Source: Mizugakiibacter sp.
GTDB lineage: Bacteria; Pseudomonadota; Gammaproteobacteria; Xanthomonadales; Rhodanobacteraceae
Assembly (NCBI GenBank): GCA_003233305.1
Contig: QILI01000111.1
Coordinates: 1,322-65,321 of the forward strand
DNA: 64,000 bases
Direction: 5' to 3'
The notes under the pieces are model-generated. The model did no database searches. It was not told the origin of the DNA and was given only the letters and a program-made list of their open reading frames with translations. Below, piece after piece: positions 8,461 to 16,869 of this stretch. A program made the position numbers and the translations under genes. Positions within the stretch are counted from its first letter, which is position 1. The number at the start of each line of letters is the position of its first letter.

Positions 8461-10062
8461 TCAAAGATTCTGGTAATTTGGCCCGCTACCGCCTTCCGGT
8501 GGAACCCAGTCGATAATCTGGTAGGGATCCTTGATGTCACAGGTTTTACAGTGTACACAGTTGGCGGCATTGATCTGCAGGCGCTTGCCAGAGGCATCCT
8601 CGACAATTTCATAGACTCCGGCTGGGCAGAAGTTGGTACATGGGTTGCCGTATTCTTCGATACAGCGGCTGATGCAAATATCAGGATCGGATAGGTGCAG
8701 GTGGACAGGCTGGTCCTCGTCATGGCGAGTGGCAGCGAAATACACCGAGGCCAGGCGGTCACGTGGCGGCAAGTCGCACTGGACATAATGGTGCTTGGGT
8801 ACCAGATACTGATCCAGTTTCTTTAGCGCCGACCAGTCGGCATGATTTTTCAATGTCCATGGTGAATAGCCCGCTGTGATCGTTTCCCAGGAGGCATTTA
8901 TCAGCCCCAACCGCAGTCCCCGCTTAAAGCCGGGCCGGATGTTGCGCACTTTCTTAAGTTCGGCCATCACTGGTGAGTTGCGCAGCCGGGTATCCCAACC
9001 CGCAGAGCTGTGTTGTTGGGTGAAATGCTCAGCGGCCAGCATGCCCGAACGCAGGGCCTGGTGGGTGCCCTTGATCTTGGGTACGTTGAGCAGTCCGGCG
9101 GCGTCACCGATGAGCATAGCACCGGGCATTTCCAATTTCGGTAGTGACTGGTAGCCGCCCTCGACCAGGGCACGGGTACCCGCAGAAAGGATCTGCCCAC
9201 CTTCCAGCAATGGTTTAATTTTGGAGTGCTGTTTGAGTTGTTGAAAGGCTTCAAAAGGGGAAAAACCGGGATTCTGGTAATCGAGGCCGACAACCAGGCC
9301 AATAGCGATACGGTCCTGGTCCAGATGATAGAGAAAGCTGCCCCCATAGGTATGCGGGTCGAGTGGCCAGCCCAGAGTGTGGATGACTTTACCCGCTTGG
9401 GTGCGGCCAGCGGGTACCTGCCACAGCTCTTTGAGACCGATGCCATAGGTTTGTGGGTCGCTGTTCTGGTCCAGTCCGAAGTGTTTGATGAGTTGCTTGG
9501 AAAGATGACCCCTGCAGCCTTCCGCCAATACCGTGAGTTCAGCGCGAATATCGATGCCCTGAGTAAATCCCGGTTTGGGTGAACCGTCCCGGGCTACCCC
9601 CATGTCACCGATACGCACTCCGGCGACTGCAGCGTGCTTATCGAACACGATCTCGGTCGCGGCAAAACCAGGAAACACATCGACCCCCAGGGCCTCGGCC
9701 TGGGGTGCCAGCCAGGCACAGGTTGCACCCAGACTGATAATGAAGTTGCCTTGATTGTGCATCTGCGTGGGTACCGGCAAGCGGAGTGCGCGTTGCGGGT
9801 CACGCAATAGCCAGAACTCATCCTGACTGACGGGTATGCAGATCGGGGGTGGATTGCTGCGCCAGTCCGGCAGCAGGCTGTCGAGCGCCGCGGGTTCGAT
9901 GACCGCACCGGAGAGAATCTGCACACCCACCGTTGAGGCTTTCTCGATCACGCATACGCTGAGTGCGGGCTGGATCTGTTTCAGGCGGATGGCAAAAGCC
10001 AGACCAGCCGGCCCGGCACCGATGACGACGACATCGTATTCCATCACTTCACGAGCACTCAT
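8461..10062 (-). CDS. Electron-transfer flavoprotein:ubiquinone oxidoreductase (ETF-QO)
   Basis: 'YDVVVIGAGPAGLAFA' FAD fold. C-terminal 4Fe-4S 'CPAGVYE...CVHCKTCDIKDP'. Start taken at the internal ATG (MSAREVMEYD). Confidence 0.9.
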   Translation of the reverse strand: MSAREVMEYDVVVIGAGPAGLAFAIRLKQIQPALSVCVIEKASTVGVQILSGAVIEPAALDSLLPDWRSNPPPICIPVSQDEFWLLRDPQRALRLPVPTQMHNQGNFIISLGATCAWLAPQAEALGVDVFPGFAATEIVFDKHAAVAGVRIGDMGVARDGSPKPGFTQGIDIRAELTVLAEGCRGHLSKQLIKHFGLDQNSDPQTYGIGLKELWQVPAGRTQAGKVIHTLGWPLDPHTYGGSFLYHLDQDRIAIGLVVGLDYQNPGFSPFEAFQQLKQHSKIKPLLEGGQILSAGTRALVEGGYQSLPKLEMPGAMLIGDAAGLLNVPKIKGTHQALRSGMLAAEHFTQQHSSAGWDTRLRNSPVMAELKKVRNIRPGFKRGLRLGLINASWETITAGYSPWTLKNHADWSALKKLDQYLVPKHHYVQCDLPPRDRLASVYFAATRHDEDQPVHLHLSDPDICISRCIEEYGNPCTNFCPAGVYEIVEDASGKRLQINAANCVHCKTCDIKDPYQIIDWVPPEGGSGPNYQNL

Positions 10063-10159
10063 GGTTCTCTCCCGGACATCGGTGTTGGCTCCAATTGTCC
10101 GCGTTCCGCCCGCAGTGAGCAATGCGCGGCATAATGGAGGTATACCTAGGAGCTTGTCG

Positions 10160-11539
10160 ATGCGCGTAACCAATAATCACGATCAGGCCCGGTTCCCTCG
10201 CCCCGGGGTTTGTCGCTCACTGATGGCCTTGGCACGGGATCAGGTCACACCCGGGATGCTGGCCAAGGACTGTCTGGATGCCATTGCGCGTCACGATGCG
10301 AGCCTCGGAGCTTTCGTTGATGTGCGTCCTGAGTTAGTGCGGGGCCAGGCCCAGTCGGCGCAGCAGCGGCGCCGGGAAGGGGTGATCGGGCGACTTGATG
10401 GGATCCCTGTAGCGGTCAAGGATAACTTCGATATCGGTGGTTATGCCACCCGCGTTGGACTACCTAGGCCGGAACAGGCGGTAGCGGCGCACGATGCCCA
10501 GGCGGTCGCTCGGCTGCGTGCTTCTGGGGCAATTCTGATCGGCAAGACCTGTCTCGATGAGGGGGCTTTGGGAGCGGTGGGCGATAATCCACATGGTGGC
10601 CCGGTCCATCATCCCGAACGCCTTGAATATGTACCGGGGGGCTCATCTGCCGGCTCGGCCGTGGCGGTGGCTTCGGGCATGGCTCTTGCGGCAATCGGTT
10701 CGGACAGCCTTGGCTCGATTCGGATCCCGGCCAGCTATTGTGGTCTGTATGGGTTCAAGCCAACGCATGGTGAAATTTCTACCGTTGGTCTCACTACAGC
10801 GGCGCGACGCCTGGATTGTGTGGGGATTCTAGCTGCCGAGGTCGAGGATCTGGGGGTGTTGCTGCATGTACTTTCCGGTTACGACGTCGATGATATCCAC
10901 TCGCGACGACGTCGGGTTGCGCTGGACTTGCCCGATTGGGAGCCGGGTCGGCTGCGATGCGGATTGCTGGCGGATCTTGCCGAACTGAACGTTAAGCCGG
11001 AGGTGTGTGAGGTATTTCAGCAGGCCCTGGCAAGTCTGCAGCACAGCTTGGGAAGACGTCGGCAGGTCGATTTTTCCGACTGGCCATTTGCAGCCACACG
11101 GCGGGCCGGATTGTTGCTGATGGAGGTGGAAATGCTGCACACGTTTGCGGCGGATCTCAAGAATTCACAATATCCGGTATCAGCCCGATTTCGAAAAATG
11201 CTTGATTTTGCCCGCCGTAAGAGCGCTGGCGATTATGCGCAAGCTGACCGGGTGCTGGATGCGGCCAGGCTGAAAGCGCGGCGCTTGTTTGCCCAGGTGG
11301 ATGTGCTGGTTATGCCGACCACCCCGCAAGGGGCCTTTCCACTGGATGCTCCGGTTCCCGATAATCAGGCCGACCTGACCAGCTTTGCCAGCCTGGCCGG
11401 ATGTCCCGCCGTCAGTCTCCCCATGGGCCGGCTTCCGGATGGATTACCTATTGGTATGCAGATGGTCGGTCCCCCGGGTTCGGATTTGCGCCTGCTCGAA
11501 TTGGCAGGTATCTGTGCGGCCTGCCTGGATGTCGAATGA
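10160..11539 (+). CDS. Amidase (amidase-signature family, GatA-like)
   Basis: 'GGSSAGSAVAVASG' amidase signature, 'KDNFD'. The upstream part of the ORF overlaps ETF-QO on the other strand, so an internal start is used (10160 or 10223). Confidence 0.85.
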   Translation: MRVTNNHDQARFPRPGVCRSLMALARDQVTPGMLAKDCLDAIARHDASLGAFVDVRPELVRGQAQSAQQRRREGVIGRLDGIPVAVKDNFDIGGYATRVGLPRPEQAVAAHDAQAVARLRASGAILIGKTCLDEGALGAVGDNPHGGPVHHPERLEYVPGGSSAGSAVAVASGMALAAIGSDSLGSIRIPASYCGLYGFKPTHGEISTVGLTTAARRLDCVGILAAEVEDLGVLLHVLSGYDVDDIHSRRRRVALDLPDWEPGRLRCGLLADLAELNVKPEVCEVFQQALASLQHSLGRRRQVDFSDWPFAATRRAGLLLMEVEMLHTFAADLKNSQYPVSARFRKMLDFARRKSAGDYAQADRVLDAARLKARRLFAQVDVLVMPTTPQGAFPLDAPVPDNQADLTSFASLAGCPAVSLPMGRLPDGLPIGMQMVGPPGSDLRLLELAGICAACLDVE

Positions 11540-12191
11540 TACCTGTCCTATCGCCGCTTCAGCCGGGATTGTAACGATCCTGCCGGGAGCCGAGTTGCGT
11601 TTCTTTCCTGAATTTCTAACCGTTGGCGAAACCGGAGTTTTGTTTGACGAACTATGCAATACGTTAACGTGGACGCAACATCAGGTGTGCATGTTCGGGC
11701 GCGAGATGGCCGCGCCGCGGCTATCGTGCTGGATCGGTGATCCCCAATGCAGCTATCGCTATTCCGGTCAGCTGCATACCCCGCAGCCCTGGCCAGAGGT
11801 GCTCCGGGTCTTGCGAGTACGTATCGAAGAAGTTACCGCTAAGCGTTTCAACAGTGTGCTGGCCAACCTGTATCGCGATGGTGCGGATAGTATCGGTTGG
11901 CATGCCGACAACGAATCCGAGTTGGGTCTGGAACCGAGTATTGCCAGTCTCAGCCTGGGGGCGGCCCGCCGGTTCTGTCTGCGCCATCGGCATGACCCGG
12001 CCTATTACGCCGAATGGTGGCTTACCGATGGCAGCCTGTTGTATATGGCCGGGGGCACCCAAGCCCACTATCGGCATACCTTGCCGAAAACCCGCAAGCC
12101 GGTTGGCCCACGCATTAACCTCAGTTTTCGGTGGATTTTCCCGTCCGGTCAGGAAATCTCCACCTTCCACATTTCGACGGATCAGCAATAG
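11529..12191 (+). CDS. AlkB-family 2OG/Fe(II) dioxygenase (DNA/RNA alkylation repair type)
   Basis: 'NLYRDGADSIGWHADNE', 'HYRHTLPK', 'RINLSFR'. Overlaps the amidase stop by 11 nt. Confidence 0.8.
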   Translation: MSNDTCPIAASAGIVTILPGAELRFFPEFLTVGETGVLFDELCNTLTWTQHQVCMFGREMAAPRLSCWIGDPQCSYRYSGQLHTPQPWPEVLRVLRVRIEEVTAKRFNSVLANLYRDGADSIGWHADNESELGLEPSIASLSLGAARRFCLRHRHDPAYYAEWWLTDGSLLYMAGGTQAHYRHTLPKTRKPVGPRINLSFRWIFPSGQEISTFHISTDQQ

Positions 12192-12222
12192 CCGCCGAGG
12201 GCGACCGGGGTTCATGCCCTAC

Positions 12223-12273
12223 GGGATGGATCCTGACCCCGCATCGTGAACCACGACCGTGGGCAAGCCGGCG
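12223..12273 (+). repeat. REP-family 'head' module (solo copy)
   Basis: GGGATGGATCCTGACCCCGCATCGTGAACCACGACCGTGGGCAAGCCGGCG is alignable to 36699-36749 and 43117-43158. Confidence 0.7.
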
Positions 12274-12387
12274 GCCCGTAGAATGTGCTGAGGTACGCAC
12301 CGCATCAATCGAGACTACACGGCAAACAGACTGCTTGCTGGATAATGGGTGCCAGTTCGATAATGCTGGTTTTACCGGAGTTGTCTG

Positions 12388-13476
12388 ATGTCCTTGGCCT
12401 TCACCCCGTTGCATGCCTTACACCGCGAACTCGGTGCCCGCATGGTCGATTTTGGTGGCTGGGAGATGCCACTGAATTATGGTTCGCAGATCGAAGAACA
12501 CCATACGGTGCGCCGTGCAGCAGGCATGTTCGATGTTTCGCATATGGCGGTGGTCGACCTGCAGGGGACGGCCGTTCGCATGTTGTTGCGGTATCTACTT
12601 GCTAACAGCGTGGATAAACTCAGGGCTCCGGGCAAAGCACTCTATAGCTGCATGCTCAACCAGAAGGGTGGCGTCATCGATGACCTGATCACCTATTTTT
12701 TGGATGAGCAACACTTCCGCATGGTCGTTAATGCTGCAACCCGGGATCATGATCTGGCGTGGATCCGGGCGCATGCTGCTGATTTTGAGGTAGAGGTGAC
12801 CGAGCGCAAGGATCTGGCGATGATCGCGGTACAGGGGCCACAGGCCCGTGAACGGGTGATCGCCTTGCTGCCAGAGGCGGATCGGGCTTGTGTCGAGGCC
12901 GCGTCACGCTTTACGGCTGTAGCAAGCGACGGGTTGTTTATTGCCCGTACCGGTTATACCGGGGAGGATGGTTTCGAGATTGTGCTACCGGTTGCGCGTG
13001 CTGAGCCTTTCTGGCGACAACTACTGGATGTCGGAGTGCGCCCGGCCGGGCTCGGAGCACGTGATACGTTACGGCTTGAGGCAGGTATGAATCTCTACGG
13101 CCAGGATATGGATGAAGACAGCACGCCACTGGAAGCCGGACTGGCCTGGACGGTAGCGTTTGACGAAGGGCGTGATTTTATCGGTCGAGGCGCCTTGGAA
13201 CAGCAGCGTAGCAGTGGAGTTCCGAGACAGATGCTGGGTCTGGTACTGGATCAAAAGGGCGTCTTGCGCCATGGCCAGCAGATTGATGCGATGTGCGGTA
13301 AGGGGGAGATTCTTTCCGGCAGCTTTGCACCGACCCTGGGAAAATCGATTGCCTTCGCCCGTTTACCGGCTGGTGATCCAGGTGAGGTCAGGGTACAGAT
13401 TCGTGGCCGCTTTCTCACTGTGCGGGTCGTGAACTATCCTTTTGTCCGCGCTGGCAAGCCGGCGGCGGGAGTTTGA
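12388..13476 (+). CDS. gcvT: Glycine cleavage system aminomethyltransferase T
   Basis: '[48 protein letters not shown]'. Confidence 0.95.
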   Translation: MSLAFTPLHALHRELGARMVDFGGWEMPLNYGSQIEEHHTVRRAAGMFDVSHMAVVDLQGTAVRMLLRYLLANSVDKLRAPGKALYSCMLNQKGGVIDDLITYFLDEQHFRMVVNAATRDHDLAWIRAHAADFEVEVTERKDLAMIAVQGPQARERVIALLPEADRACVEAASRFTAVASDGLFIARTGYTGEDGFEIVLPVARAEPFWRQLLDVGVRPAGLGARDTLRLEAGMNLYGQDMDEDSTPLEAGLAWTVAFDEGRDFIGRGALEQQRSSGVPRQMLGLVLDQKGVLRHGQQIDAMCGKGEILSGSFAPTLGKSIAFARLPAGDPGEVRVQIRGRFLTVRVVNYPFVRAGKPAAGV

Positions 13477-13539
13477 GATCAGCCCACTCGATCTGGCCAT
13501 GGACTACAATTTACCTTCTTCGAATCAGGAGATCTGTGC

Positions 13540-13935
13540 ATGAATGAGATTCCCGGCGATCTTAAATTTCTCAAGTCCCATGAGTGGGCCCGTCTTGAAG
13601 AAGACGGCATCATTCGAGTGGGCATTTCCGATCACGCCCAGGGTCTGCTGGGTGATTTGGTTTACGTCGAGTTGCCCGCGGTCGGTGATCAGATTCAGGC
13701 TGGCAGCGCTTGTGCTGTAGTTGAGTCCGTCAAGGCGGCATCCGATGTGTATGCGCCGATTTCCGGCGAAGTTATCGAGATCAATGAAGCGCTCAACGAC
13801 AGGCCCGAAGTCATCAACGAGGATGCCTTCGGAGCAGGCTGGATTTTAGCGGTTCGTGCGGGCAATCCCGAAGAACTGAAAGCATTGATCGATCCGGATG
13901 CTTACGCTGAATTACTGGAAAGCGAAGACCACTGA
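13540..13935 (+). CDS. gcvH: Glycine cleavage system H protein
   Basis: 'YVELP', lipoyl-lysine motif '[13 protein letters not shown]'. Confidence 0.95.
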   Translation: MNEIPGDLKFLKSHEWARLEEDGIIRVGISDHAQGLLGDLVYVELPAVGDQIQAGSACAVVESVKAASDVYAPISGEVIEINEALNDRPEVINEDAFGAGWILAVRAGNPEELKALIDPDAYAELLESEDH

Positions 13936-13990
13936 CCTTACCTAAAACAGACATCCCGCAGATTCGATGCGGGATGCCGTGGATTTACCC

Positions 13991-15349
13991 ATGCCTTTTA
14001 TCCCCCATTCTGAAAATGATTTACAGTCCATGTTGTCGGCCTTGGACGTGGACAGTATCGAGGATCTGTTTGATGAGATTCCGGCAGTATTGCGGCAGTC
14101 GAAGATCGACGGTGTACCGGTAGGCATGAATGAGATGCAGGTTACCCGGTTATTGAAAACACGTGCCCAAGAAGACCGGGTCGTGCTCAATTTTGCCGGG
14201 GCCGGGGCTTACGAGCATCATATTCCTGCCGCAGTTTGGGAGATTGTGGGTCGTGGTGAGTTCTATTCGGCCTATACCCCGTATCAGGCCGAAGCCAGCC
14301 AGGGTACATTGCAGCTCATCTACGAATTCCAGACCATGCTGACCCGACTTACCGGCATGGATATCAGCAATGCCTCGTTGTATGACGGGGCGACATCCCT
14401 GGCTGAAGCCGTATTGATGGCCGAGCGCTGTATGCGCCGTGGGCCACGGCGGGTCCTGGTGCCGGACAGCGTTCATCCTGCTTACCGCAAAACCTTAAAG
14501 GCTCTGCTTGGTTTGCAGCAAATCGAGGTGGTCGAGTTAGCTGTTAGTGAACACGGTGGCCGGCTGGATCCACAACAGCTGCCGTCTCATGAACAGCAGC
14601 CCTTCACCGCCTTGGTAGTTCCCCAGCCCAATTATCTGGGCATACTGGAGGATGTCGATGCATTGACCGATTGGGCACATAGCCAAGGGGGCATGGTCAT
14701 TGCCGTGATCAACCCGCTGGCATTGGCAGTGCTACAACCACCCGGGCAGTGGGGCCGTAAAGGAGCTGATATCGTCTGTGGTGAAGGACAGCCGCTGGGT
14801 GTGCCGCTATCCTCGGGTGGCCCCTATCTTGGTCTGCTTGCCTGCAAGCAAAACTATGTGCGGCAGATGCCCGGTCGTGTTGTGGGTCGCACCACGGATC
14901 TTGATGGCCAGGAGGGCTATGTGTTGACCCTGCAGGCTCGTGAGCAGCACATCCGCCGTGCCAAGGCGACCTCCAATATCTGCACCAACCAAGGGTTGCT
15001 GGTAACAGCCGCCACCATCCACATGGCCTTACTCGGCCCGCAAGGCTTGCGCAGGGTTGCCCAGCAGTCCATGCACAATGCCCGGATGTTACGTGATCGT
15101 CTACTAACCATTCCGGGCGTCAGTACTGTGTCTGACCATCCCATCTTTCACGAGTTTGCGTTGCGGTTGCCGAAACCGGTTGGTGAGGTCATTGAATGCC
15201 TGGCGGTCGAGGATCGCATCCTTGCCGGGGTAGAACTTGGTGAGGATTATCCCGGTCTGGGAAATGCGTTGCTGTTGTGTGCAACTGAAACCAAGACGGA
15301 AGAAGATATTACCTGGTTCACAGATCGGCTCGCCCGAATTCTTACCTGA
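13991..15349 (+). CDS. gcvPA: Glycine dehydrogenase (decarboxylating) subunit 1
   Basis: '[20 protein letters not shown]', '[14 protein letters not shown]', '[18 protein letters not shown]'. No gcvPB follows. Confidence 0.9.
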   Translation: MPFIPHSENDLQSMLSALDVDSIEDLFDEIPAVLRQSKIDGVPVGMNEMQVTRLLKTRAQEDRVVLNFAGAGAYEHHIPAAVWEIVGRGEFYSAYTPYQAEASQGTLQLIYEFQTMLTRLTGMDISNASLYDGATSLAEAVLMAERCMRRGPRRVLVPDSVHPAYRKTLKALLGLQQIEVVELAVSEHGGRLDPQQLPSHEQQPFTALVVPQPNYLGILEDVDALTDWAHSQGGMVIAVINPLALAVLQPPGQWGRKGADIVCGEGQPLGVPLSSGGPYLGLLACKQNYVRQMPGRVVGRTTDLDGQEGYVLTLQAREQHIRRAKATSNICTNQGLLVTAATIHMALLGPQGLRRVAQQSMHNARMLRDRLLTIPGVSTVSDHPIFHEFALRLPKPVGEVIECLAVEDRILAGVELGEDYPGLGNALLLCATETKTEEDITWFTDRLARILT

Positions 15350-15455
15350 TCGACATATTATTTTAAGCTTTGGCCGTAGCAAACTTGGACTGTTTGTGGG
15401 GTCAAGAGGATCCGATCAATGCTAATTTTTCGGTACGCTCAGGTCATTTCAACTA

Positions 15456-15471
15456 AGACGTCCAGACGTCT
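15456..15471 (+). promoter_or_regulatory. Two tandem MetJ metboxes (AGACGTCC AGACGTCT)
   Basis: 7/8 and 8/8 matches to the metbox consensus AGACGTCT, directly abutting, 132 bp upstream of the metJ-like start. A TATGAT -10-like hexamer lies at 15475-15480. Confidence 0.65.
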
Positions 15472-15555
15472 ATTTATGATAGGTTTTTATACCTATTTTC
15501 CATCGCCGGACTCGACAGGATGGGAAATCGAAACTTCAGTTATCGCTGAAATTGA

Positions 15556-15584
15556 TTGACAGTGGAAAAATGACGCAATAGTTT
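15556..15584 (+). promoter_or_regulatory. Possible sigma70 promoter for the metJ-fusion gene
   Basis: TTGACA (15556-15561), 17-nt spacer, TAGTTT (15579-15584). Pattern only. Confidence 0.3.
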
Positions 15585-15602
15585 CTGCACGGGAGCGACC
15601 GA

Positions 15603-16457
15603 ATGGTGACTACGACGTACATCGACCCATACATCGAACACGGATCGAAAACCGAACTGGTGCGTAAGGTTACGGTTTCGATTCCGTTGCATGTACTGCA
15701 CTTGGTGGTCGATGAGCGTACCCGCCGCCAAATTGGTAATCTCAGACACGCCACAATTAGTGATCTACTGTGCGAGGCGTTTCTGCACGCTTTCACCGGG
15801 CAACCACTGCCAACTGATGAGGAGCTGAGACGAACCATGGTTACGATCAAAAAGTCTGCTGTAAAAAAGTCCGCCGTACGTAAATCGATGGCGAAGAAAT
15901 CCACTACTACCAAGAAGCCGGTTGCCAAGAAACCCATGGCAAAGAAACCGGCAGTGAAAAAATCGGTGAAAAAGCCGGTTAAGAAGGTGGTCAAAGCTAG
16001 GGTTTCAGTAGCAGGTAGAACTGCAGCTAAGAAGCCCACAGTTAAGAAAACATCGGCAAAGAAATTAGTAAAGAAAGTGGTAACCAAGCAAGCTGTCAAG
16101 AAGGCGGCTGGCAAAGCGGTCAAGAAGCCGGTTGCGAAAAAGCCGGTGAAGAAGGTGGCTAGCAAGGTGACTAAGAAACCCGCCGCAAAGAAATTGGTAA
16201 AGAAAATAGTCAGTAAAGCGGTCAAGAAACCGGCCACGAAAAAATCGGTGAAGAAGGTGGTCAGCAAGGCGGTCAAGAAATCGGTTGCAAAAAAGCCGGT
16301 CAAGAAAGTGGTCAGTAAAGCGGCTAAGCAACCGGCTGTGAAAAAGACCGCTAAGAAAGTGGTGGCTAAGCCGGTTGCGAAAAAGAAAGCCACGGTTCGT
16401 AAGTCTAAGGGGAAAACGGCACCGGCACCGATCAAGCCGGTGGCAGTCGTTATCTGA
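15603..16457 (+). CDS. metJ: MetJ methionine repressor core fused to a ~205-aa Lys-rich histone H1/AlgP-like tail
   Basis: Residues 5-77, '[73 protein letters not shown]', are near-identical in pattern to E. coli MetJ. The rest is (A/S/P/V)xKK repeats with no acidic or aromatic residues. Confidence 0.85.
   Translation: MVTTTYIDPYIEHGSKTELVRKVTVSIPLHVLHLVVDERTRRQIGNLRHATISDLLCEAFLHAFTGQPLPTDEELRRTMVTIKKSAVKKSAVRKSMAKKSTTTKKPVAKKPMAKKPAVKKSVKKPVKKVVKARVSVAGRTAAKKPTVKKTSAKKLVKKVVTKQAVKKAAGKAVKKPVAKKPVKKVASKVTKKPAAKKLVKKIVSKAVKKPATKKSVKKVVSKAVKKSVAKKPVKKVVSKAAKQPAVKKTAKKVVAKPVAKKKATVRKSKGKTAPAPIKPVAVVI
16110..16364 (+). repeat. Five consecutive 51-bp (17-aa) coding repeats within the Lys-rich tail
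   Basis: [17 protein letters not shown] / [17 protein letters not shown] / [17 protein letters not shown] / [17 protein letters not shown] / [17 protein letters not shown]. Confidence 0.8.
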
Positions 16458-16869
16458 GACTTGGCAGCTTGTTGGACTATGGGGGTAAATAGCGAGGCAG
16501 AGGAACGATGCGCCGGAAAGTTTCCGATTTGAGGTAATGAGTGATTCTATTATCACGATAATTCGGGACGATCCGGTCTGCTGCTTTACTGGCGCGGCCG
16601 ATTTATGCATAGCCTGGCAAACGGTTCGAACCGTGGAAATATTTTTCCATAATAGACCCCGGAATCCTTCCCGACGATGCCCAGTGTCGGGAAGGATCCT
16701 GTAGATTGAGGTGGCCCAACTACACGGGGCGTGTCATTTTGTGTCAGAGATGTTTTTTGCATTGCCCACGGCGTATATTGGGGGTAGTGTTGGTGGCAAG
16801 CTGGCTCAATGGGGGTTGGCCGGTGCAATGCGCCGTTTGCTATCTGTTTTCAGAATTTTGAGAAGAACT

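Noticed and set aside
9836-10159. N-terminal 108 aa of the 567-aa amidase ORF.
   Set aside because: This part overlaps the ETF-QO coding region on the opposite strand and shows no amidase similarity. The internal ATG at 10160 (or 10223) gives a normal-length amidase.
12192-12387. Expected a glycine riboswitch upstream of gcvT.
   Set aside because: I could not find the conserved GGAGAG...CACCGAAGGGGCAA / CTCTGGAGAG...ACCGAAGG cores. The region instead holds a REP-family head module and a -10-like TAGAAT.
15536-16435. 299-aa minus-strand ORF (Phe/Leu/Thr/Ala-rich, looks like a polytopic membrane protein).
   Set aside because: It is the antisense shadow of the Lys-rich repeat region, where AAG/AAA codons read as CTT/TTT. 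It has no independent start context, and the plus-strand frame carries a clear MetJ homology.
16549-16562. ATTATC-AC-GATAAT inverted hexamers resembling Fur-box hexamers upstream of the TonB-like gene.
   Set aside because: The arrangement does not match the canonical 19-bp GATAATGATAATCATTATC when aligned. It lies ~310 bp from the start codon. This is too weak without a PWM score.
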